A stretch of DNA of 64,000 nt, taken from positions 91,535 to 155,534 of the forward strand of contig JACPSL010000018.1 in assembly GCA_016193285.1 (NCBI GenBank). The letters run 5' to 3'. How positions within the stretch are numbered: the first letter of the stretch is position 1; each line of letters starts with the position of its first letter. The notes beneath the pieces were generated by a model. That model was not told where the DNA came from. It was given only the letters and a program-made list of their open reading frames with translations, and searched no databases. The stretch comes from Candidatus Melainabacteria bacterium (GTDB lineage: Bacteria; Cyanobacteriota; Vampirovibrionia; 2-02-FULL-35-15). Positions 46,932-56,696 of the stretch are shown here, in pieces. A program made the position numbers and the translations under genes.

Positions 46932-49100
46932 ATGAGCCGATATGTTTTAGTTTTAACTTTTATCTTTGGTTTAGTACTCGGAAGTTATATAGCTCTTTCT
47001 TCAGTAAATAAGTTTTTAGGTCTTCCAAATGTTAGTAACATAACTGAATATGAACCGATAAGCTCAATTGAACTGTATGACTATAGAAATAAATTTGTTG
47101 GCTTTTTACAAGGCACTGAAGACAGGCAAGTTGTTCCTTTAAGTGAGATTTCTCCTTATTTAAAACGAGCTGTTCTAGCTATTGAAGATAAAAGTTTTTA
47201 TGAACATGGAGGTGTAGATCTTGTAGCAATAGTTAGGGCATTTTTTGCAAACCTTCAAGCTGGAAAAATAGTTGAAGGTGGCAGCACAATTACTCAGCAG
47301 CTTGTTAAAAATCTTTTAATCCCTGAAAAAGAAAGAGGCAGAACTTTCACAAGAAAAATAAAAGAGATTTTACTTGCACTTGAACTAGAAAGAAAAGTCA
47401 ATAAAGATAAAATACTAGAACTTTATTTAAATCAGGTTTATTGGGGAAATCGTGCTTATGGAATACAAAGAGCTGCACAAAGATACTTTAATAAAAGCTC
47501 AACAAATCTAACACTAGGTGAATCAGCATATCTTGCAGGACTTCTTCAAGCACCAAGTCAGTTATCATCCGATCTTAAATTAGCAAAAGAAAGAAAAAAT
47601 CTTGTTCTTTTAAAAATGTTAGAGTTTGGCTATATAAATAAAAAGCAATATAACTTGGCTCTGAAAGAAAAACTTAATTTTAGTTCTTCACCAGGACAAT
47701 TTGAACTTTATCCATATTATTTTTCATATGTCCTGGAAGAATTAAAAAAAAGATTTAACATAGAGGAGTTAAGAGAAAAAGGATATAAAGTTTACACAGG
47801 TTTAGATCCAGAAGCACAAACTAAAGCAGAAAAAATTTTAAATGAAGAAATTAAAAATGCCCCATATGGAGTAAATCAATATGCACTTGCTGCAATAGAT
47901 GTAAAAAGTGGACAGGTAAGAGCTCTTGTTGGAGGAGTTGGAGATTTCTGGAAAAACCAATGGAACAGAGCAACAAACCCTCATACAATTGGTTCAGCAT
48001 TTAAACCATTTACTTATTTAACTGCATTTGAACTTGGTTTAGTAGATCTAGATACTAAAATTAAAGATTCAAAGATTGAAATAGAAGATGGAGTAGATAT
48101 GATCTGGGCCCCAAAAAACTTTGATGAAAAATACTGGGGCACTATAACGGTAAGAGAAGCAATAACTTTTTCTAGAAACCTTCCAGCAGTTAAAGTTGCA
48201 AAACAAATTGGAATTGAAAGAATTATTGAAACAGCTAAAGCATGTGGAATTGAATCAACTTTAGAACCACACTTATCATTATCACTTGGCAGTGATGCAA
48301 TTACACCTTTAGAAGCTGCCAGTAGTTATGCTACTTTTGCAAGAGGTGGAGTTTATATAAAACCAATCTTAATTAGAAGCATAGAAGATCCTAAGAAAAG
48401 AATTATTGAAAAAAATGTGCCAGTGCCTCAAAGAGCAGTATCAGCTGACGCAACAGCAATATTAGTTAGCGTTTTAGAAGATGTAGTAAAAAGAGGGACA
48501 GGTACTTTAGCTCGTCTTAGTGACAGGCCTGTTGCTGGTAAAACAGGCACATCAGACAAGTCAAGAGATGTTTGGTTTATTGGCTTTACACCTGATCTTT
48601 CAGTAGCAATATGGGGCGGCAATGATTTAAATAAAGAAATTCATGGCAAAGGAGTAACAGGAGGAGCAATTGTTGCAAGAGTATGGAAAAGATTTTGTGA
48701 GGGATATTATGCAGATAAAGATATTTCACCAGGAAAGTTTCCTCATGAACCTAGAATGAAAGAATTACTTGTTGATCCACTAACAGGACTTTTAGCTACT
48801 CCATATACATTTCATCCAATTAAAAAACGCTTTTTCCCTGGAACTGAACCAAACGAATATGCTCCTGTTCCACTTGGTGCAAAAAGGTTTAGGCCTTTTG
48901 CTAGACTTTTTTATAATCAAATTTTTAATAATAAAAATAAATTTGTCGAAGATAAGGAAACAATTCTAAATAATGGAGACGAAGAAAACGAAGAAAACGA
49001 AGAAAAAGGAGAAATAATTGATGAGACTAAACAAGAAGTTGAACCACCTGTTCCACAAGAAGAAATAAAAGATAATGAAGAAGAAGAAAAAGGGCCATAA
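46932..49100 (+). CDS. Class A penicillin-binding protein (GT51 transglycosylase plus transpeptidase) with an acidic C-terminal tail.
   Basis: GT51 motifs EDKSFYEHGGVD and GGSTITQQ. Transpeptidase SAFKPF (SxxK), SRN and KTGTS. The tail contains ENEENEEK repeats. Confidence 0.8.
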   Translation: MSRYVLVLTFIFGLVLGSYIALSSVNKFLGLPNVSNITEYEPISSIELYDYRNKFVGFLQGTEDRQVVPLSEISPYLKRAVLAIEDKSFYEHGGVDLVAIVRAFFANLQAGKIVEGGSTITQQLVKNLLIPEKERGRTFTRKIKEILLALELERKVNKDKILELYLNQVYWGNRAYGIQRAAQRYFNKSSTNLTLGESAYLAGLLQAPSQLSSDLKLAKERKNLVLLKMLEFGYINKKQYNLALKEKLNFSSSPGQFELYPYYFSYVLEELKKRFNIEELREKGYKVYTGLDPEAQTKAEKILNEEIKNAPYGVNQYALAAIDVKSGQVRALVGGVGDFWKNQWNRATNPHTIGSAFKPFTYLTAFELGLVDLDTKIKDSKIEIEDGVDMIWAPKNFDEKYWGTITVREAITFSRNLPAVKVAKQIGIERIIETAKACGIESTLEPHLSLSLGSDAITPLEAASSYATFARGGVYIKPILIRSIEDPKKRIIEKNVPVPQRAVSADATAILVSVLEDVVKRGTGTLARLSDRPVAGKTGTSDKSRDVWFIGFTPDLSVAIWGGNDLNKEIHGKGVTGGAIVARVWKRFCEGYYADKDISPGKFPHEPRMKELLVDPLTGLLATPYTFHPIKKRFFPGTEPNEYAPVPLGAKRFRPFARLFYNQIFNNKNKFVEDKETILNNGDEENEENEEKGEIIDETKQEVEPPVPQEEIKDNEEEEKGP

Positions 49101-49877
49101 ATGTTACATGAATTTGAAAAAGAATTAGTTTATGGCAGAAAGCCTGTTCTAGAAATGCTCCAGCAAAGCGCCTCTACACAAATAAATAAAATTTGGCTAA
49201 GCAATGGTTTTCAGGATAAAAAATTTAAACAATTAATTATTTCTTTTGCAAAAGATAAAAAAATTCCTATTAATTTTGTTCCAGAATCTAGATTAAACAA
49301 TTTAACAATTAACCAAAATCATCAAGGGATTGTTCTAAGCATTTCTCCAATTAATTATTTGTCTGTAGAGACGCTCCACCGGAGCGTCTCTACACCAAAA
49401 ATAATTTTAATTGCTCATGAAATTGAAGATCCTCATAATTTAGGTGCAATGATTAGAACTTTTGTAGCTGGTGGTGGGAAAGGAATAATACTTACAGGCA
49501 GAAAAAGTGTTGGTATAAGTTCGACAGTTATTAAGACAAGTGCAGGTGTTTTGTTTCAAGCAAATTTTGCAAGGGCTACAAATTGTATAAATGTTATTAA
49601 AGAGCTAAAAGAAAAAGGATTTTGGATAGTAGGAACAGATGTTACAAAAAATGCTGAATCAATTTATAAAGTAGACCTGCCAGATCAAATCGCCATCTTA
49701 GTTGGCAATGAGCATGAAGGCTTAAGTAATTTAATAAAAAAGAACTGTGATTTTCTTATAAGAGTCCCTACAAGTAATAAAGTTGATTCATTAAATGTGT
49801 CTGTAGCTTTTGGAATATTACTTTTTGAGTTTCTAAGGCAGAAAAACCTTTTAACAGTAATCAATCCTATATCCTAG
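49101..49877 (+). CDS. SpoU/TrmH-family RNA 2'-O-methyltransferase (RlmB-like).
   Basis: N-terminal substrate-binding domain plus SPOUT motifs LVGNEHEGLS and SLNVSVA. Confidence 0.7.
   Translation: MLHEFEKELVYGRKPVLEMLQQSASTQINKIWLSNGFQDKKFKQLIISFAKDKKIPINFVPESRLNNLTINQNHQGIVLSISPINYLSVETLHRSVSTPKIILIAHEIEDPHNLGAMIRTFVAGGGKGIILTGRKSVGISSTVIKTSAGVLFQANFARATNCINVIKELKEKGFWIVGTDVTKNAESIYKVDLPDQIAILVGNEHEGLSNLIKKNCDFLIRVPTSNKVDSLNVSVAFGILLFEFLRQKNLLTVINPIS
49365..49393. repeat. Perfect 13-bp-arm palindrome GTAGAGACGCTCC-ACC-GGAGCGTCTCTAC inserted in frame in the methyltransferase (encodes VETLHRSVST).
   Basis: Direct reading. The offset from the CDS start is 264, which is divisible by 3. Confidence 0.85.
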
Positions 49878-50792
49878 CTCTTTCATCATTGGTTCAATTA
49901 CTGGATAAGTATTTTTTATAAGATCTATATTTTTTTTCCATTTATCTTTATCTGGCTTTGAGTTTGCATTTACTATTGGAGGAGTCTTGGACAGATCTCT
50001 TAGTCTTTTTGTAAATGGAATATCAATAAAGTCACAAACTTTTTTAACTATCTCATAAGTGTTACAAGAAAGTTCTTCATAAGAAATAAAATATTTTCTT
50101 TGATTTTCAATGGCTTGTAAACCCTCAAGGGCAGCTTTGTTTGAGCTTATCCATTGAAATGCACAAACTTCTTCTAAAGGTTTGTTTGTATAATTTTTCC
50201 AGCCTGGAGGTAGAACAAACTTCCAGACAGTGTCATTGTAACCTTTTATGTTTAATGATACTTGAAGATTTTCTGTCCTTAGATACTTGTTTGGGATTTT
50301 CCATCCTTCAATTAAAGAACTTATGTTTGACCTGCCATCACGTTTAAGAAAAATGAATAAGCAATCTTTAAATAACTTATTTACAAATGGTATCCGATAA
50401 CAATTCTTAGGTGTCTTTTCAACTAGTCTGTATTTTCTTAGAAGAAGATTTTTGTATAAAAGATTTGAAGGAATTATAAGCTTGCTTAATCCTCTAAAGA
50501 AATTATTTTTTAGTATAAATTCCCTGTTAAAATATCCAAGATAATAATTATTTAAAGATTTTTTATGAAACTCATTTAAAATAAAATTCTTGGACTTGTT
50601 ATTTAAGTCGTTTTCACTTAAGATATCATCTTGCAATTCTTTCTTTGTAAGTTGAAAATATAAATCCCAAATCTCATTACTTTCTCTATATAAAGACCAT
50701 AATTCACTACTAGTACTTAATATCCTAAAAAGTAAGCTAGTACCAGATCTTGGGCATCCAACTATTATTACTGGCTTTCTAATCTCTAGCAT
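49851..50792 (-). CDS. Sulfotransferase-family protein.
   Basis: N-terminal PAPS 5'-phosphosulfate-binding loop VGCPRSGTSLL and a downstream RD...S region. It overlaps the 3' end of the previous gene convergently. Confidence 0.55.
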   Translation of the reverse strand: MLEIRKPVIIVGCPRSGTSLLFRILSTSSELWSLYRESNEIWDLYFQLTKKELQDDILSENDLNNKSKNFILNEFHKKSLNNYYLGYFNREFILKNNFFRGLSKLIIPSNLLYKNLLLRKYRLVEKTPKNCYRIPFVNKLFKDCLFIFLKRDGRSNISSLIEGWKIPNKYLRTENLQVSLNIKGYNDTVWKFVLPPGWKNYTNKPLEEVCAFQWISSNKAALEGLQAIENQRKYFISYEELSCNTYEIVKKVCDFIDIPFTKRLRDLSKTPPIVNANSKPDKDKWKKNIDLIKNTYPVIEPMMKELGYRIDYC

Positions 50793-50874
50793 TTTACCTA
50801 TTTTACGCTACTTTTTAGCACTCAGTATAAATTTACTGTCAAAAGATTATTAAGCCTTGCTTTTTATTATTGAT

Positions 50875-51213
50875 ATGGAAAATGACTTACAGCTAGATCA
50901 AAATGAATTAAAAATTGATTCATTTGAAATTTTAAGTAGGTTTATAGATTTATGTAAAAACCATTCTAGAAATAGTCCCTTTAAAATATCACTTTCATGC
51001 TCAGCTGATATTACAGCTGCTGTATATTACTATCGTAAATACCCAAAGGTTGATAATTTTATTTCTGAATGCTTGAACGGTAACTGTGACTATCTACAGT
51101 TAAAGTGGCTAAGATCGACATGGAATGCATTTAGCAAGATGAATGATTTTGAATTGTCTGAACTTGTTATAAATCAAATTACTTTGGTTGCTAATTTAGA
51201 AGAAGAACAATAA
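50875..51213 (+). CDS. Hypothetical protein.
   Basis: ORF only. The track calls a TTG start at 50857. Confidence 0.3.
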   Translation: MENDLQLDQNELKIDSFEILSRFIDLCKNHSRNSPFKISLSCSADITAAVYYYRKYPKVDNFISECLNGNCDYLQLKWLRSTWNAFSKMNDFELSELVINQITLVANLEEEQ

Positions 51214-51223
51214 TATAGGAAGC

Positions 51224-52672
51224 GTGAAAAAGGAACCTCTCTCCAAAAAGCTTACTTTTGGTATCTTTTATTTGCTTTCAAGTTCTTTTGCTACACTTGG
51301 TTTAAATGTAATAACTGTTGGTTTTATCGCAAGAACACTAGGCGTTGAGCAGTTTGGACTTTATTCAGCAATTTTTTCCTTTGTAGGACTTTTTCAATTT
51401 TTCAGTGATTTTGGAATTAACAAAACCTTACTTAAGTTTGGTTCTACAGAAATTAAAAATGCTCAAGCTAGTTTTGGGAATGCACTTTTTGTTAAAAGCA
51501 TTTTAATAGTACCAACAATTTTTTTAGTTATAATTTTTGGACTTATTGCTGGTTATAGAAATAATGAAATAATTATAGTTACTTTTTTTATTATTAGTTT
51601 GATTTTTGATAGCTATGGAACTTTGTTTAGTAGCATTAGAAGAATTTTAGGAAGTTTTAAATTAATCTCGTTTTTTAGAGTGTTGAGAACTTGTTTGAAT
51701 TTAATAATCATTATATGTGCTTTATCAATTAAAAGCTCAGTTTTTTCTCTTGCATTAGCAATTATGATTTTCAGCCTTGTTACTTTTCTTATTTCTTTAA
51801 TTAATACTGTAATGCTACTGAAACCAAAGTTACAGTTAAATCTATTAAATGAATTTTTTAAAGACTCAGTAATATTTAGTTTTAGTGATTTTTTTCTAGG
51901 CATTTATGCAAAAATCAGCACAGTATTATTGTCGTTTTTTAGTGATTTACATTCAGTTGGGATTTATGGTGCTGCAATAAGATTTACAAGAATTGCAAAT
52001 CTTTTACCAAATCAAGTTAAGTTTGCTCTACTACCAACAATGTACAGGTTATTAGGTAACAATAACAATGATACTTACTCTTCAAATGTAAGAGTTTTTA
52101 AGATCTTGTTTAAATACATGACAATTTTTGCAACTCCTCTTGTTATATCAATTTATTTTTTTTCTGATTCAATTATTCATCTTATTTTTGGCAAGAAATA
52201 CGATCTTGCAATTCCACTTGTTAAGTTGTTTAGTTTATTTATTTATTTACGTTTTGTAGAAACACCTTTTAACTTATTTTATATTGCCATGAACAAGCAT
52301 AAAAAGATGGTTTATTTTCAAGGCATTACAAGTGGATTAAGTGTAATTTTGAATTTAATTTTAATTCCTAAGTTTTTTATGTATGGAGCAGCTGCAGCAA
52401 CAATCATAAGCGAAATAGTTTTCGCCTTAATGCTTGTGTTTTCTGGCATTAAATATTCAATATGGGATTTGCAAAATATTTTTGTTTTGTTCTTAAAGCC
52501 TTTAACTTCTGGTTTATTGGCTTTGTTTCTTACATTGTTTTTCCTTAGTAAAATTAATATATTTGTTCAAATCATATTTTTATATGTTAGTTATCTGTTG
52601 TTTCTTTTTGTTACAAGATTATTTAATAAAGAAGATAAAGATCTTTTCATGAAAATCATTGCTAGAGAGTGA
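51224..52672 (+). CDS. Wzx-type oligosaccharide/polysaccharide flippase (MOP superfamily).
   Basis: 482 aa with about 12-14 TM helices and a Wzx-like N-terminus. GTG start with an upstream AGGAAG. Confidence 0.6.
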   Translation: MKKEPLSKKLTFGIFYLLSSSFATLGLNVITVGFIARTLGVEQFGLYSAIFSFVGLFQFFSDFGINKTLLKFGSTEIKNAQASFGNALFVKSILIVPTIFLVIIFGLIAGYRNNEIIIVTFFIISLIFDSYGTLFSSIRRILGSFKLISFFRVLRTCLNLIIIICALSIKSSVFSLALAIMIFSLVTFLISLINTVMLLKPKLQLNLLNEFFKDSVIFSFSDFFLGIYAKISTVLLSFFSDLHSVGIYGAAIRFTRIANLLPNQVKFALLPTMYRLLGNNNNDTYSSNVRVFKILFKYMTIFATPLVISIYFFSDSIIHLIFGKKYDLAIPLVKLFSLFIYLRFVETPFNLFYIAMNKHKKMVYFQGITSGLSVILNLILIPKFFMYGAAAATIISEIVFALMLVFSGIKYSIWDLQNIFVLFLKPLTSGLLALFLTLFFLSKINIFVQIIFLYVSYLLFLFVTRLFNKEDKDLFMKIIARE

Positions 52673-52686
52673 TATGATTATTAAAA

Positions 52687-53565
52687 ATGTCAATTGGTAC
52701 GAAAATAAAAAAATCATCCCGCCTTCCCGAATGGCTCCAGAAGAATGTTTTATTAAGTGAAGAGTCAAGAAAAGTTCATGCTTTAATTCAGGAATTTAAC
52801 TTAAATACAGTTTGTCAAAGCGCTCGTTGTCCAAATAAAAATGAATGTTTTTCAAGCGGTACAGCAACTTTTATGATTAATGGAAATATTTGTACAAGAG
52901 GTTGTACTTTTTGTAGTGTTTTAAAAGGCAAACCTACCATGTTGCCTAATGAAGATGAACCCAAAAATATTGCACTATTAGCTAAAGTGCTTGACTTAAA
53001 ACACATTGTTATAACTTCAGTAAATAGAGATGATTTACCTGATCAAGGTTCCAGTCAATTTGCAAAAACTATTTATGCAATTCGCGGGATAATCCCTAAA
53101 GTAGTAATTGAAGTTTTAACTCCAGACTTTAGAGGTAGCAAAGAATGTATTAAAAGGGTAGTAGACGCTTCTCCAGATATTTATAATCATAATTTAGAAA
53201 CAGTGCCAAGATTGTATCGGATAGTTAGGCCTGGTGCAATTTATAAAAGATCTCTAGAGTTAATAAACTATGTAAAAGATCTAAATCCAAACATAACTAC
53301 AAAGTCTGGAATGATGCTTGGTTTAAGTGAAGAAATAAAAGAAGTTATACAAGTAATTGAGGATTTATTTTTATATAAATGTGATTATCTTACTCTTGGA
53401 CAATATATGCAACCAACACAAGATAGTTGTCCTGTTTTTAGATATCTTAAACCAAGTGAGTTTGAAAACCTAAAAGATATAGCTTTAAAAATTGGTTTTA
53501 AAAAAGTATTTAGCGGACCATTAGTTAGAAGTTCTTATCATGCTGAAAAGTTGCATCAACAGTGA
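52687..53565 (+). CDS. lipA: Lipoyl synthase.
   Basis: CPNKNEC auxiliary cluster motif and CTRGCTFC radical-SAM motif. Confidence 0.85.
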   Translation: MSIGTKIKKSSRLPEWLQKNVLLSEESRKVHALIQEFNLNTVCQSARCPNKNECFSSGTATFMINGNICTRGCTFCSVLKGKPTMLPNEDEPKNIALLAKVLDLKHIVITSVNRDDLPDQGSSQFAKTIYAIRGIIPKVVIEVLTPDFRGSKECIKRVVDASPDIYNHNLETVPRLYRIVRPGAIYKRSLELINYVKDLNPNITTKSGMMLGLSEEIKEVIQVIEDLFLYKCDYLTLGQYMQPTQDSCPVFRYLKPSEFENLKDIALKIGFKKVFSGPLVRSSYHAEKLHQQ

Positions 53566-54743
53566 TGGAAAAGAAACCAAAATATTTGTTAGTTCTTCTC
53601 ATCATGCTTATTTCTTTTTTAAGCCTGGGGATTTCTGTAAGCAAGTTATCTTTAGATAAAGAAGAGCCAAAAATAAAAGAAGAAGAATCTAAAAATATTA
53701 GCGAATCATATTGCACTGCTAAAGTAATAAAAATAATTTCAGACAATGAAGAAGAACTTCCTGGCGGAAACAAACAAAGAGTACAACAATTACTTCTTAA
53801 AATTGTTTCAGGAGTTGATAAAAATAAAAAAAGAGTTACAACTAACATCATCCCTGACAATCCTGCTTTCTCAATTTTTGGTGAGGTTGGAAGAAAATAT
53901 TTAATTACAAAAGTAGAAAACTTAGAAACAGGCAGTGAAGATTATTTCATTATTGATTACTATCGGGAGCATTTTGTCTGGTATTTGTTTAGTGCTTTTT
54001 TAGTTGTGCTTATAGTGGTCGGTGGTGTTAAAGGAATTAGAACAATATTTTCGTTAGCTGCAACAATTTTACTTATTGCATTCTTTTTAATCCCTTGTGT
54101 AATAAAAGGAATTAATCCTCTTTTAATTGCAGTAATAGTTTCATTTCTTGCAACTGCAGTTACAATGATGCTTGTAGCAGGCATTAATGTAAAATCTTTA
54201 GCAAGTACTCTAGGTACTGTTATTGGAGTTAGTTTTAGCGGGTTAATTGCTACAGTTGTAATTAAAACTGCACCACTCTCAGGACTTGCAAGTACTGAAG
54301 CAATGATACTTTGGGGAAACCAACTGTATGAAATAAATTTTAAAGGTTTACTTGCTAGTGGCATGATTATCTCATGTCTTGGAGCAATTATGGATGTAGC
54401 AATTTCAATTTCAAGTTCTATTTATGAAATTAAAACAGCAAATCCAAATTACACTGTTAAAAAATTATTTACATCAGGTATGAATATTGGAAAAGATATC
54501 ATGGGAACTATGACTAATACATTGGTCTTGGCATATACAGGAATGGCATTGCCATTGCTTTTGCTAATTAGCTATGAAAAAAACCCTACTAAGTTTTTAA
54601 ACTTAGAGCTTGTAGTCTCAGAAATAACTGCAGCTATTGCTGGAAGTATTGGACTTGTAATTTCAGTGCCAGTTACTGCTTTAATAATGAGTTTTTTAGC
54701 AGCACGAGCTAGCGAACCGGCGAAGGGACGAACCGGCGATTAG
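53562..54743 (+). CDS. YibE/F-family membrane protein.
   Basis: 393 aa. N-terminal TM, an extracytoplasmic region, then about 8 TM helices; the Gly-rich helices fit YibE/F. The C-terminal codons include a duplicated GAACCGGCGA. Confidence 0.5.
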   Translation: MMEKKPKYLLVLLIMLISFLSLGISVSKLSLDKEEPKIKEEESKNISESYCTAKVIKIISDNEEELPGGNKQRVQQLLLKIVSGVDKNKKRVTTNIIPDNPAFSIFGEVGRKYLITKVENLETGSEDYFIIDYYREHFVWYLFSAFLVVLIVVGGVKGIRTIFSLAATILLIAFFLIPCVIKGINPLLIAVIVSFLATAVTMMLVAGINVKSLASTLGTVIGVSFSGLIATVVIKTAPLSGLASTEAMILWGNQLYEINFKGLLASGMIISCLGAIMDVAISISSSIYEIKTANPNYTVKKLFTSGMNIGKDIMGTMTNTLVLAYTGMALPLLLLISYEKNPTKFLNLELVVSEITAAIAGSIGLVISVPVTALIMSFLAARASEPAKGRTGD

Positions 54744-54750
54744 AAAAAAT

Positions 54751-55404
54751 ATGGATATCCTTGATTACAAAGAATGTGTAACGAAAATATACTTTGTTCG
54801 TCATGGGGAGACAAAAGCAAATAAACTTAGATTATTGTTTGGCCAGTTAGACTTGGATTTAAACAAGCAAGGTTTAAAAGATGCAAGAAGAGTTGCAAGC
54901 AAGTTATTAAAAATTGCAAAGAAAGAAAAAATAAGTTTTATTATTTCAAGCCCTTTAAAGAGAGCAAAACATACAGCAAATATAATCTCACAAGAGCTTG
55001 TAAGGGCAGGCCTTGCGCCTGCCTCTAGAATCATCATAGATAAAAACTTAATGGAAAAATCAGAAGGCACGTGGGATGGGAAAAGTTTTTGGGATGTTAG
55101 ACAAAAAGACCCTAAAAATTATTATTCTTGGGTAAAAGATCCTTTTAAGAACAGGACTCCAAAAGGTGAATCAGTACTTGATTTAAATAAAAGAGTAAAA
55201 AAATTTTATAAGACTGTATTAAAAAAGTATTTAGGTAAAAATATTATTGTAACGACTCACTCAGGACCAATTAGACTTTTTGTCTTAAATTTATTAGGCA
55301 CAAAAATAAATAAGTTTTGGTACTTAAAAACTGAATGTGGCTCTATTACAGAAGTTCATATAAGCAAAAAACATGCAATGATATGGAGTTTAAATGTTAA
55401 TTAA
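54751..55404 (+). CDS. Histidine phosphatase superfamily (phosphoglycerate-mutase-like) protein.
   Basis: IYFVRHGETKAN catalytic RHG motif. Confidence 0.65.
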   Translation: MDILDYKECVTKIYFVRHGETKANKLRLLFGQLDLDLNKQGLKDARRVASKLLKIAKKEKISFIISSPLKRAKHTANIISQELVRAGLAPASRIIIDKNLMEKSEGTWDGKSFWDVRQKDPKNYYSWVKDPFKNRTPKGESVLDLNKRVKKFYKTVLKKYLGKNIIVTTHSGPIRLFVLNLLGTKINKFWYLKTECGSITEVHISKKHAMIWSLNVN

Positions 55405-55418
55405 ATTAATTAAACTTC

Positions 55419-56558
55419 TTACCTTAAGTAATTAAGCGGGTTTTGTGGTCTGCCGTTTTTTCTAACTTCAAAATGTAAGTGTGGTCCAGTTGAATAACCG
55501 GTTTGACCTTCATATCCAACTATATCTCCTTTTGTTATTGTTTTTCCTTTAGAAACATTGTCTCTGCTTAAGTGAGCATAAAGTGTTGAAAAACTCATAC
55601 CATGATCTACAATAACAACTTTTCCATAACCACCGTACCAACCGTTAAAAATTACTCTTCCACTATCTGATGCCATTATTGGTGTTCCAAAAGGTGCAGC
55701 TAGATCTACACCACTGTGAAAACTAACCACTCTAAAAATAGGATGTCTTCTTAAACCAAATGGTGAAGTTAGTCTGCCCATAATTGGATAAGAAAATGCA
55801 CCACTGCCACCTATAAATGAACCTGAAAAATCACTTTCCCCAATAAGTTGGTTTATTTCACTAATAAGCTGCTGAGATTCTCTTTCCAATTGTCTTTCTG
55901 CTTGTTCATAAGCAGCTCTTTCTGTCCGAAGCTTGCTTACTATGTTTGATTGAGCCTTATGTTCTTTAGAAATAAGTTTTTTTTGTTCTTCAATTTCAGT
56001 TACAATATTTGTAAACTTAATTTTTTGTACCGCAAGACGATCTTTATAATTTCCAATTTCCTTGGACTGTTGTTCAAGTCTTTCTAGAAGGTTTTTGTCT
56101 TGTACTACAAGTAATTTTTGATAGTACAGGTAATCTAAAAAATCTGTAAGATTAGGTGTCTTTAACAGAGTTTCTAAAACTCTCAATCTTTGACCTTGGT
56201 AAATTTGTTTAATTCTAGCTGCAGCATCAGTTCTTAAACCTGAATAATCTGTCTTTAGTTCTGAGAGCTTTTCCTCAGTGGATTCAAGATCATTTTGTGT
56301 ACTAGAAAGCTGAAGCTTGTTCCTTTTTAGTTTTTCTTGAGTAGAGTAAAGTTTCTTTTGTATTTCTGTAAGCCTGCCAACTGCAACTTTTTCTTTTTCC
56401 TTAGTTTCTTCTATTTTTTTTCTTAAGTATTCTCCTTTTTGTTCTAAGTCCTTAAGTACCCTTGATTTACTTGAACTCTTCGAATAGGTTGGAAGATTTG
56501 AAAATATAATCAGTAGCAATAAAACTATAGTTAAAAAGATTTGATTTGTTTTCTTCAT
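55419..56558 (-). CDS. M23-family peptidase with a long N-terminal coiled coil (EnvC-like murein hydrolase activator).
   Basis: Signal peptide, about 230 aa of heptad-rich sequence, then a LytM domain HSGVD...GPHLHFE. Confidence 0.75.
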   Translation of the reverse strand: MKKTNQIFLTIVLLLLIIFSNLPTYSKSSSKSRVLKDLEQKGEYLRKKIEETKEKEKVAVGRLTEIQKKLYSTQEKLKRNKLQLSSTQNDLESTEEKLSELKTDYSGLRTDAAARIKQIYQGQRLRVLETLLKTPNLTDFLDYLYYQKLLVVQDKNLLERLEQQSKEIGNYKDRLAVQKIKFTNIVTEIEEQKKLISKEHKAQSNIVSKLRTERAAYEQAERQLERESQQLISEINQLIGESDFSGSFIGGSGAFSYPIMGRLTSPFGLRRHPIFRVVSFHSGVDLAAPFGTPIMASDSGRVIFNGWYGGYGKVVIVDHGMSFSTLYAHLSRDNVSKGKTITKGDIVGYEGQTGYSTGPHLHFEVRKNGRPQNPLNYLR

Positions 56559-56696
56559 GGAATTAAAAATTATTGTTTATTATAAGCAAAAATAAAGAGT
56601 ACTGGAACTACAGAAACCACTAGAAACGATATTAACATAATGAGTACTATGATTCGTGAGTGCTTTCTAAAAAAATCCATCATAAGAGGTATTTTA

